From: Octopus bimaculoides
Lineage: Eukaryota
Assembly: GCF_001194135.2 (NCBI RefSeq)
Contig: NC_068988.1
Location: 33,394,560-33,458,559, forward strand
DNA: 64,000 bases
Direction: 5' to 3'
Under the pieces are notes generated by a model, which ran no database searches, was not told the origin of the DNA, and was given only the letters and a program-made list of their open reading frames with translations. A program made the translations under genes and the position numbers. Shown here one piece after another: positions 1 through 11,285 of the stretch; position 1 is the stretch's first letter, and each line of letters begins with the position of its first letter.

Positions 1-38
<38 letters not shown>

Positions 39-1379
39 TGAATATACATATATATACATATATATTATACATGTGGATATACATATATATGTGGGTATGT
101 ATATATATATATATATGTGTGTGTGTCTGTGTGTCTGTGTTTCTGTGAGTCTATTTGCTTGTATGTTTGTGCGTTTATAGTTTAAAGACATCTATAAGTC
201 TGCATCTACATATTTTTCAGTATTATTTAGAAATTCTAAAATGTATAGTGAAAATTTTTTTCTCATATTTCAATATATGCCACTTACATGTTTCTGTGAG
301 TTCATATTAATGTATGGTTTAATAAGGCATTTCGCTAAATTTCGTGTAAAGAACATAAGTTATCTGTTAATGTGATTTTGGTGAATAAACCTACGGAGAG
401 TATCATATACTCACAGATATATTTCATCAAAAATAGAAATTGAAAATGAAATTACTATTGGAAATATTATAAAAATATATTTGCATGGCGATAATTGAAT
501 TCCTATGCTGCATATTATATTATGAGCGTTGCCATTGATGTAATCAAAAATACAGAAATAGAAAGCGGAGGAAAATTTAAGCCCATTTTTGAGGTTCGTT
601 AAATATAGTATGACCTTGATGTGAGGAATCTCAGATCAAGTGATAACATCATGGAACTTGAAGATGTCAGTATTGGAGCGGATTTAATTATTTTGTCACT
701 ACTCTCTTAAAATATACCTTAACACCCATATCTTCGTCGTTCATGTATATCAGGTGATAAATTAAGCAGTAACGTTTGATAGTATCTATGTATCAATTGC
801 AGTAATACTGCAAATATTTGGAACTTCTTTCCGGACTGAATCAATTGTTTTAACTGTTATTGTTGTAAATTTTTCTTTATCGTTCCTGGAAGAAACCATT
901 AAAGAACAAGTTGCATATTGCTTTCTAATTTTTGTTTTATTTTGTAGGATATCACTGAATAAGGGAGTTCGTGTGTAGTGTGAATAATATTAAAAGACGC
1001 ATAGTGCAATAGTTGAGACAGGAATAATAATAAAATCGTGAACAGATCAAAAGCATCACAGGGCTAAACAATGACCGCAACAGAGCAATTGCAATAACAG
1101 CAAACAGTTCAACTAACAGTTTACGATTTCAAGTATTTTTCAATCTCATTTTTATATCGATTTTATATCACTGCCATGAAATTACAGACTGAAGAGAAAA
1201 TAGTGTTTTGTTGCAAAACATGAACGACAGAGTAAGTGCCAGATTGAAAAGGAATGATTGCCATAGAGTAGTCCAACAACGGAAACGAGTAAAAGAATAA
1301 ATGAATAAATATTCCCTTTATATATAAACACCTGCTTCTTAGAAAATAGTAGAAATATTGCTTCATTAAAGGATTAGTT

Positions 1380-2095
1380 TTTTAACGTGAACAGTGATAA
1401 ATTTCATAGTTCATCATAGCAGAAGTGGTACACTGCTTTCGTCGTGTAACTTGGGTCGTTTCGCTTTCCTGAAGGCCGAAAGCGAAACGACCCACATTAC
1501 ACGTCGAAAATAATGAAGTTTGCGGGTAAGAGTTTGATACTTTGGGTATACATAATAATTGATGGTTCAAGAAAGTTTGTTAAAATGGACGGTAACTTGA
1601 ATAGTGCCAAATAAATCTAGTTGCTGAAGGACAATTTCATACCAGACTTCGATAAAGGCGAGATTTTTCAGCACAATAGAGCTCCATGCTCAGATCACGT
1701 ACAACGCAATAGAGTCTGGTTGATGAAGGTGTTACGTATTGAAAGATTGTCCAGCTTAGAGCCCTTACTTAAATATCATCGAGTAAATGTGGAGAGAACT
1801 AAAGAGAAGTGTTCGTCAGAAGAAACCAAGCAACCTTCAAGAGTTGTAGGAACTCAGCCACAGAGAATGGCATCTCATACCTGTGAAGATGGTGAAGGAT
1901 TTGTACACATCTGTTCCCAGGTGCATTGAAGCAATTATTAAAGATAAGAGAAGCCACACGAAATATTAACAACGTACAGTAACTTCTTGAAATGAACATT
2001 ATGCAATACATTTTCATTACATACATTTTTATGTTTTAAAACACTGTATCCTGATTGGGTTATGTGAGGTGTCCGAAAACTTTTGCACGGCCACT
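1380..2095 (+). mobile_element. Tc1-family DNA transposon relic (DDE transposase C-terminal half plus right TIR)
   Basis: Manual translation across stops and frameshifts gives KRNDPHYTSKIMKFAGKSLILW...DGNLNSAK...FQHNRAPC, then NIIE*MWRELKRSVRQKKPSNLQEL...WHLIP...YTSVPRCIEAIIKDKRSHTKY*, matching the Tc1 catalytic domain and C-terminus. A TIR-like end ggtgtccgaaaacttttgcacggccact lies at about 2068-2095. Confidence 0.88.
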
Positions 2096-2700
2096 TTTCG
2101 TGGTCGTCTCGCAACTTCCTTTCTCATTCGGAACCCGTACTACAAAATATAGTGATTAGGTATGGAAATGACTCCAACAGGGCCAATGTTTTGTCTGTAA
2201 AATCGCAATGCGAAACATCCATTTATAAGTTGGCAAGTTCTCCTTCTTACTGTTTCTCATTCTCTATGTGCCTTTACTAGAAATTTAAACACATATCCAC
2301 ACACAAAATATGAACTAATAAAATATTTACTATCTAATACATATCGTATGATCAAATCATACAAATGCAAAACCTGGAAACAGCACTTTTCGTTGCAGCG
2401 GAAGGAAAACAAATAGAAATTTCATACGGATACATGTTTGATGGTGAATGTACTGACATGCTCTTTATTGACTAAATTCATAAAAACGCATTTCTGGACG
2501 ATTATCTCAAATACTTTATGCACATGATTAGTTTCTAATATAAATATAATGCTGCTACTTTGGATTTCAAGAAGAAATAGAGAAAGAAAAATAATAAATT
2601 ATTTTAAACGCGGCAGAGCAGCATAATATATTTCATTTCACCCTCGGGCGAAACATATTTAAAAAAGCGCCAGTAAGAAGGACAAGATAAATAAATGAAA

Positions 2701-2711
2701 TAACAATAATA

Positions 2712-2778
<67 letters not shown>

Positions 2779-2823
2779 AAATATCCGTAGTAGTGATAAC
2801 ACCACAATTGCAGCAATGACTAC

Positions 2824-2894
<71 letters not shown>

Positions 2895-3069
2895 GACGAA
2901 GCATAAGAAGGAGGAGGAGGGGAGTACAAGAAGAAGAAGATGGAGGAGAAGAAGGAGGATGAGGAGGAAGAAGAAGAAGAAGAAGAAGAAGGAGGAGGAG
3001 GAGGAGGAGAAGAAGAAGAAGATGAAAAAGCAGGATGAGTAGGAGGAGAAGAAGAAGAAGAAGAAGAAG
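2701..3069. repeat. Compound trinucleotide microsatellite (AAT)n, (TAG)n, (GAA/GGA)n running into an N-gap
   Basis: Directly visible; source of the spurious poly-Y/T/L ORFs. Confidence 0.97.
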
Positions 3070-3539
3070 NNNNNNNNNNNNNNNNNNNNNNNNNNNNNNN
3101 NNNNNNNNNNNNNNNNNNNNNNNNNNNNNNNNNNNNNNNNNNNNNNNNNNNNNNNNNNNNNNNNNNNNNNNNNNNNNNNNNNNNNNNNNNNNNNNNNNNN
3201 NNNNNNNNNNNNNNNNNNNNNNNNNNNNNNNNNNNNNNNNNNNNNNNNNNNNNNNNNNNNNNNNNNNNNNNNNNNNNNNNNNNNNNNNNNNNNNNNNNNN
3301 NNNNNNNNNNNNNNNNNNNNNNNNNNNNNNNNNNNNNNNNNNNNNNNNNNNNNNNNNNNNNNNNNNNNNNNNNNNNNNNNNNNNNNNNNNNNNNNNNNNN
3401 NNNNNNNNNNNNNNNNNNNNNNNNNNNNNNNNNNNNNNNNNNNNNNNNNNNNNNNNNNNNNNNNNNNNNNNNNNNNNNNNNNNNNNNNNNNNNNNNNNNN
3501 NNNNNNNNNNNNNNNNNNNNNNNNNNNNNNNNNNNNNNN

Positions 3540-3591
<52 letters not shown>

Positions 3592-3809
3592 TATGTATAT
3601 TTATATACATCTATATATGCATGTGTGTATCTCTGCCTGTGTGTCTCTGTGTGTGCGTGTGTGTGTATGTATGTTGTAAATATTGTGTCTTCTTCCAAAA
3701 TATACGCATTGTAAGCCAATAGTATTATCAGCAATACGCAATTTCCTCGAGCATGTTTTGAAAAGCAATTACAACATTCACAACCAACAAAAGCAACCCC
3801 AAACAGAAA

Positions 3810-3935
3810 ATGAATAATAATGACGCCTGTGATGATAATGATGATGATGATGATGATGATGGTGATGGAGGTAGTAATAATAACAACAACAACAACAATA
3901 GCAGTTATAAAAATAACGATGATGATGATGATACT
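3810..3935. repeat. Mixed (GAT)n/(AAT)n/(AAC)n microsatellite
   Basis: Directly visible. Confidence 0.9.
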
Positions 3936-5661
3936 GAAAGCAATAAGAAGAGGCCAAACAAAAAAAAATTAACGTGTAGAAAAAAAATTAACACTAAAAC
4001 CCAGATACCCAAGTATACAAAAAAAAAAGTAATAAAATGATGCAAACTGAACAACACATCAAAATTGCAAGAAATATACAAATAAATATATAAAAATCCA
4101 CGTGTGATTAACAAAATAGTAATATATGTTGCAGGTGCATAGCTGAGAGGCAGGATAGCATCAGAGCTCATTTGTAGAGAAAGATAAGAACTTTAATCTA
4201 ATTATGGAAAAGGAAGTAAAGGTTATGAGAAAAATGGGATACTCAGTCAAAAATATTACATCGATATTGCTTTTATATTTTCTCGTGAAATATCACACGA
4301 GCGCCCAAATAAACACACAGGTTCACATTCATATTCTTACACGTACACATTCACAAACGTACAGGCGCGTGCATATATAATCGTTGATGCATCTATACTC
4401 ACATAAGTTGAAGTGATGTTCAGTAGCATATAGAAAAGCAATTCCATTGCATGAGGTATATGTCAGTATGATACATATATGTATGTATCTATATATCAGT
4501 ATATATGTATGTGCATATATATATGCATATACATACATACATACATACATATATATATATATANNNNNNNNNNNNNNNNNNNNNNNNNNNNNNNNNNNNN
4601 NNNNNNNNNNNNNNNNNNNNNNNNNNNNNNNNNNNNNNNNNNNNNNNNNNNNNNNNNNNNNNNNNNNNNNNNNNNNNNNNNNNNNNNNNNNNNNNNNNNN
4701 NNNNNNNNNNNNNNNNNNNNNNNNNNNNNNNNNNNNNNNNNNNNNNNNNNNNNNNNNNNNNNNNNNNNNNNNNNNNNNNNNNNNNNNNNNNNNNNNNNNN
4801 NNNNNNNNNNNNNNNNNNNNNNNNNNNNNNNNNNNNNNNNNNNNNNNNNNNNNNNNNNNNNNNNNNNNNNNNNNNNNNNNNNNNNNNNNNNNNNNNNNNN
4901 NNNNNNNNNNNNNNNNNNNNNNNNNNNNNNNNNNNNNNNNNNNNNNNNNNNNNNNNNNNNNNNNNNNNNNNNNNNNNNNNNNNNNNNNNNNNNNNNNNNN
5001 NNNNNNNNNNNNNNNNNNNNNNNNNNNNNNNNNNNNNNNNNNNNNNNNNNNATATATATATATATATGCATGCATGTATAAACAAATATTCATGACTCTG
5101 AGTGGTGGCTATGAAGTGATATATAACTAAAAATGACTTACCAACACTCGTAGTAAAAGTTATGCATGCGCGCGCGCGCGTACACACACGCATACACAGA
5201 CGACAACATGATTTGCAACGCATGTCTATATAATTGCTGACGTAAATACGCTGTCCATGCTTGTGCACAAATTGGAGTTGTAGTGGTAGGTTTGGTTAAT
5301 TTGGCTCGTTCTAGTTTAATCCAAGATTATCACTCGAATACCAAAAAAAAAAACTTAAAATGAGTGATGTTGACATGACCGTCTCGTCCTGTGCTTGACA
5401 TCTTATATCTTGCGTTACACTATCCTATGTGAACGCATTCAAGAGGGATTTGTATCATTTCCGAGTGATACTATGGCAAGGATAAACCATATGAACTCTC
5501 ACACATGAACTCAAGTGTATTTGCTTTAAAGTAATTTCTCTAGGACGATTAGTTCGTTAGCGATTTCATGATTGTTTTAAACATACTGCATTTCATATAA
5601 GTGTTCACACGTAGACGCTGATATATTCACACCCACATAAAACACGCGCAGGCACATACGT

Positions 5662-5706
<45 letters not shown>

Positions 5707-5975
5707 GACATCTGTATGTATATGCTCGTATGCATATATTCATCGAGAGAAGTTTATCGACTGAATCATCAGATCATCGGGTAGATTGCCCTGCGATAAT
5801 CGTTCTGGACCTCCACCAACGAAATTCAATTAGGGCAAATTAACATTTTACACGTTAGCTCTTAATAAATGTTATACAATTTCGTTATTGTGGTCGAGTG
5901 TTCTTATATTTCTTTCTTAATATCTTGTTTTCCCTATTTTCCTCTCTCTTTCTATCTTTATCTCTCTCTCGCCCC

Positions 5976-6017
<42 letters not shown>

Positions 6018-6600
6018 TACTCATTCATTCCATCATTCTTTTTATCACTCTCTCACTTGCTCATTCTCATTCTTGCAAAAATCGGTTTAGATCGAATCCG
6101 GAAAGGTATAGCCTCCACCAGATTTAATAATGTTCATCACAGAGTGTATGTCATGATGACTCTTTCAGAGGTGTGTGTTTGTACGAGCGTATGTATGTGT
6201 GCACGTATTTTTCATATGCTAACGTTGCTAGCAATAGCTTTTATTTACATTCATATTATAATGCATTCGTTTTCTTCCAGTATATTTGTTAAGTTTACAT
6301 GAATGTATTGAACTTGTAACATGTCCTTACGTTTTCCAAAGGCAGATAGAAGTCATATTTTCAGGAGGACAGACGACCCTGCCTACTTTGCCGATCCTCA
6401 ATGTGGCAGCTGAGAAAGGATCTTGTTAAGCATACAATGTTCTCATGAACAAAATATGGAGGGCAATCAAGACAAGAAATTTTCTCAATAGTCGAATGTG
6501 TAATAGCAGTGCTAAAGCCAATGCCGATTTAACTACTGTAATCCAGCTGAAATAGGCATTCTGGACACTGTGAGGCGATAACTGAGCAAAACTGTGGTTC

Positions 6601-7363
6601 TACAATATCCTTAACTGGATACTAAACGAACTATCTAAAATAGACAAGAAAACAAGAAAAATAATGACAGGATATAGGATGCACCACCCAAAAACTGACA
6701 TAGAAAGGCTATATATACAACGCACAGAAGGTGGCAGGGGTCTTATACAGCTGGAAAACTATTATAAAATAACCACCATAAGACTGCAAAAATACCTACT
6801 CTAGAAACAAGGAAAACTAATACAAATAGCCACAAAATACGAGCAAAACAAAAAACTGTTTTCAGTATTTAAGGAAGCTGACAAATACAAACAATAAATC
6901 ATACTACCTAACAAATATGAAGACGAAGAAGAAGAAACAACAAAAGCTATAAAACAAATGAAATCCAAACTAAAACTAGAACAGCAACGGACCATGATAA
7001 AATGATGGCAAGAAAAGCCCCTACAAGGTAAATACTGGGCTAAATTAAATGCAAAAGAAATAGACAGAGAAAAATCCCAGCAATGGTTGAGAGGCTCAGG
7101 ACTCAAAGCAGAGACTGAAGCATTTTAATTGCTGCACAAGACCAAAGCCTCCCCATCAGAAATTACCAAAATCATATAATGAAAAGAAACATAACAAGTA
7201 ACTGTAGAATATGTGGAAATGGACAAGAAACAATTAATCATATTATCTCTGGCTGTCCAGTCCTGGCTAAGAAGGAATATATTCACAGACACGAAAGAGC
7301 TGCGACCTATATACACTGGAAGCTATGCCAACACTATGGAATAACAGCAGAAAAAAGATGGTA
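6601..7363 (+). mobile_element. R4/Dong-like (RLE-type) non-LTR retrotransposon fragment: RT thumb region plus CCHC zinc knuckle, cut by a gap
   Basis: Translates as ELSKIDKKTRKIMTGYRMHHPKTDIERLYIQRTEGGRGLIQLE...WQEKPLQGKY...IAAQDQSL...CRICGNGQETINHIISGC (C-x2-C-x8-H-x4-C at about 7203-7256)...RHERAATYIHWKLC. It has several stops and one frameshift, and is closely similar to the minus-strand copy at 28430-29210. Confidence 0.93.
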
Positions 7364-8048
7364 NNNNNNNNNNNNNNNNNNNNNNNNNNNNNNNNNNNNN
7401 NNNNNNNNNNNNNNNNNNNNNNNNNNNNNNNNNNNNNNNNNNNNNNNNNNNNNNNNNNNNNNNNNNNNNNNNNNNNNNNNNNNNNNNNNNNNNNNNNNNN
7501 NNNNNNNNNNNNNNNNNNNNNNNNNNNNNNNNNNNNNNNNNNNNNNNNNNNNNNNNNNNNNNNNNNNNNNNNNNNNNNNNNNNNNNNNNNNNNNNNNNNN
7601 NNNNNNNNNNNNNNNNNNNNNNNNNNNNNNNNNNNNNNNNNNNNNNNNNNNNNNNNNNNNNNNNNNNNNNNNNNNNNNNNNNNNNNNNNNNNNNNNNNNN
7701 NNNNNNNNNNNNNNNNNNNNNNNNNNNNNNNNNNNNNNNNNNNNNNNNNNNNNNNNNNNNNNNNNNNNNNNNNNNNNNNNNNNNNNNNNNNNNNNNNNNN
7801 NNNNNNNNNNNNNNNNNNNNNNNNNNNNNNNNNNNNNNNNNNNNNNNNNNNNNNNNNNNNNNNNNNNNNNNNNNNNNNNNNNNNNNNNNNNNNNNNNNNN
7901 NNNNNNNNNNNNNNNNNNNNNNNNNNNNNNNNNNNNNNNNNNNNNNNNNNNNNNNNNNNNNNNNNNNNNNNNNNNNNNNNNNNNNNNNNNNNNNNNNNNN
8001 NNNNNNNNNNNNNNNNNNNNNNNNNNNNNNNNNNNNNNNNNNNNNNNN

Positions 8049-8146
8049 AAGAAGAAGAAGAAGAAGAAGAAGAAGAAGAAGAAGAAGAAGAAGAAGAAGA
8101 AGAAGAAGAAGAAGAAGAAGAAGAAGAAGAAGAAGAAGAAGAAGAA
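8049..8146. repeat. (AAG)n microsatellite
   Basis: Pure AAG run after the gap. Confidence 0.97.
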
Positions 8147-8149
8147 CCC

Positions 8150-8300
8150 ATTCTATTATTATTGGCACAAAGCTAAAAATTTAGGTGGGGCACTATCCTA
8201 GTAATCAATTACTGCTTATGTCTTCGCCCACAAACGTATGTACCGCAAAGTAGGCCTCAGTGGTATTTGAACTCACAATGAAAAGACGGGCAAAATGCCT
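8150..8300 (-). mobile_element. Degenerate tRNA-derived SINE (family A, as at 49154)
   Basis: gcaaagtaggcctcagtggtatttgaactcacaatgaaaagacgg aligns with gcaaagtcgacctcggcggaacttcaactcagaatgtaaacag of the copy at 45648-45810. Confidence 0.6.
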
Positions 8301-9048
8301 GTAGGTATCACAATGTTTGACGCTATTGGATAGCATTAAATTGTAGAGAACCTTGTCCATCCCAACATGGTGACTTATAAAATAATTTATCAAGATACAA
8401 TTTGGATGACCTGATTATGTCCACAACAACAGGTTAGAGAAATCCACATAATAATTTTCATATAGTTTGAAAACTTTAAGTAGGTTTATGCGGCAGGTAC
8501 CTAGATTCCTCCCATCTACCAGATGCATACAGACGTAGCACACATTTAATATACTGCTCCAATTTCCCAGTAGCACTAAAAGCCGATATCGTACCAGGAA
8601 GAATCTTAAACCATGAAACTGGCCGCTCTGCAATTATCGGAGTGTTGACGTTTACTACTGGGAAGGTACGTTCTCCGCTTTTTTTCACATCCAGCACTTA
8701 ATATTTATGAGCAGGACGACAGATTGATTGTCGGATCCAGACCTGTCTTCCAAACACAACATGAAGCCTGCCTTCCAAACTCCTCGGACACTCAGGAAAG
8801 TAGTATGAATATGGACAAAAAAGTTGTCGACAATTAGCTTGAACACGAAAGGACGAATATAGTTCAACGCTGTAAATATTCTGCCCATTCGACATGAGAA
8901 TCAAGGTAAAAGTACACAGCTAAATATCAGGAGTTGCAATGGAAAGAAAAAGATGTTGAGCAACTGGATATACCACATATACGTGCATATTTACATCTGT
9001 TCTTATGATTGGTGAGTGTGTTTTATATAATTACATATATATATATGA

Positions 9049-9112
<64 letters not shown>

Positions 9113-10151
9113 ATTTCGTTACAGAAATGAAGTATAAAGAAAAATATCATTGAAAAGAAAAGTATACGTTCGCCAGCTTTTTGAACTACCGGTTCAAATT
9201 TGTATGTTGACGAAGTTTTCCGTTTCTCCTTCTTTTTATCGAAGAGGAACTGTATATTTATAAGCCGGATGTATATATTTCTCAGAAAGCAGTGTTGTTG
9301 GCAACATGCAGATAAGAGGATAATTACAAGGTGAGGAAACGATTGTATTTTAACAATAGGTTCGTTTTTTCTACACATGATCGTTATAGTTGCGACGGGA
9401 GAAAATTATAAACAATATAAACTATTCGAAAATATCGTTTACGTGAGGCAAAATACGGAAAATCATTACAGTAGATGAAATCATATTTATGTCGATAAAA
9501 ACAGATTCTGAGTTTCGAATCTAATTTATATTCAAGCACGTTAATGGAAAACATTGGTCGACTAATGGTAATAATATATGCAATGCCATGTTTGAAAGGA
9601 AAATTTCCAGCTCGACTAACATATGGTGACAAGTTATATCTGGGCAATCTAATGTTTTGTACCACCTTGCAATCTTGACAATAAACTGTTACGTAAGCAT
9701 AATATATCTTAGATTTCTTATGGGAGAAGTAATGACTCTCTGGTGAATATCTTTTAGACAAACGTACACATGTTGACATTGCAGGTAGCTACATCAACTT
9801 TTTTTTAGATAATTAAGAGATACGTTGTAAGAAATATATTTAAGTTAGAATATTCTTTGCAACGTGGCGAGCTGGCAGAATCGTTAATATTTACACGTGT
9901 AAATATTAACAGGCGAAACCATTCGTACGTAGGTAATCGTTTTCTATTTCGTATATTTTCAATTGTCTTGCTCATTTTTACAGTCTGGCGTTTTGCTGAA
10001 ATTTTTTCTTGAAAACATACTCTTCGTGGTTAAGCGATTTGACGTCTTTTTTTTTAGCAAATAGGAGTTCAGTTCGGTGGTCATTTGATTGTAACATAGT
10101 TTTAATCTTTGGATATTTTAAATATGCTAGGGCACCGGTTTTAATTGATTA

Positions 10152-10220
<69 letters not shown>

Positions 10221-10932
10221 AGTATGCGTGTGAGTGTACACGTGAGTGTACACGTGAGTGTGCACATAAATGTGTGTGAAAGAAAAAAACCTTAAACAAC
10301 ATTTTTTTTCAGTTCTTGAAACCGTTATAATCTCTTCCGGTATAATTCCTAAAGATTATGAAGCAATGCGTACGCAAAATAACATTAATTTGCAATTTTC
10401 TAGAAAATGATATTTCATTCCAATGTTAAACTAGCTATCGTATTATAGTAAGAAATTCATCCTAATTTTGTGAGCCGTTACTTAAATACGAAACATATGT
10501 TCCATAGAATGTTAGCGGTTACAAATTACCATACTGTTTTATAGAGTTACACAATTCTATACTAATTCACACTTAACCTTATCATGCCGTGTTTTAATAA
10601 CGCTAAATCATGTTTTGGTATATATTTTATACCTAATTGCGTAGATATTGAAACTAATTCGATATGCATCGTTCTTTCACTTAGTGATCTATGAACTACG
10701 AAGATGATATTTGTGCTATGAGAAAACACACATACATCATTTTAATTAACCGGAACTCATCAGATATCCATTTACATGCACCAAATCACACAAATATAAG
10801 CAAGCGCGTGTGTATGTAATATATTTATAAGTTCATGTAACAAATATACGTGTGTAGACACACATACACATATACGTGTATATAAATATGTATATATGTA
10901 TGTATATCTATCCATCAATCTATATCGCTATC

Positions 10933-10964
<32 letters not shown>

Positions 10965-11054
10965 TGTGTGTGTGTGTGTGTGTTATACATATGGACAGAT
11001 ACACATATCTGCAGCTGTTACTTTTTACTTTGACGTTAATATTTCTTCGATCAA

Positions 11055-11285
11055 GTTGCAGACGTAGCTGTGTGGTGAAAAGCTTTCTTCCGAAACACGT
11101 GTTTCTAGGTTCTGTATCACTGCTTGATACCTTGGGCAAGTACCTATAAGAAATCCCGCCGAGGCCAGCTCTGCTTTTCATTTTTTCGTGGTAGATGAAT
11201 TATGTACCAGGTGATTACTAGGGTGGTGTAAACGACTTACTCTTCCCCTAAAATTGCGCTGGTTCTGTCACATAATTTGAAAACA
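11055..11285 (+). mobile_element. Degenerate SINE, apparently a family B head joined to a family A tail
   Basis: The 5' part gctgtgtggtgaaaagctttcttcc...ccttgggcaag resembles 52278 and 56898. The 3' part gccgaggccagctctgcttttcat...gtaccag...cccctaaaattgc resembles 49240-49360. Confidence 0.6.

Noticed and set aside
480-1140. Minus-strand stretches with hydrophobic peptides (FIIIPVSTIALCVF...; LNFPPLSISVFLITSMATLII) suggesting a membrane-protein pseudogene
   Set aside because: Multiple stops, no diagnostic motif, and hydrophobic residues are expected from AT-rich DNA.
1469-1490. ctgaaggccgaaagcgaaac resembling a hammerhead core
   Set aside because: CUGANGA is not matched (ctgaagg), there is no cleavage-site or stem I arrangement, and the sequence is explained by the Tc1 coding frame plus an inverted duplication.
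5165-5182. (CG)n runs with Z-DNA potential (also about 40807 and 59405)
   Set aside because: Ordinary parts of compound dinucleotide microsatellites.
8480-8700. Plus-frame peptide vaguely like a trypsin C-terminus
   Set aside because: No GDSGGP motif and no conserved cysteines.
10229-10266. Short tandem duplications (12-mers at about 10230, 16812 and 35933; 24-mer at 36413-36460)
   Set aside because: Typical slippage duplications with 2-3 copies and no spacers; not CRISPR-like.
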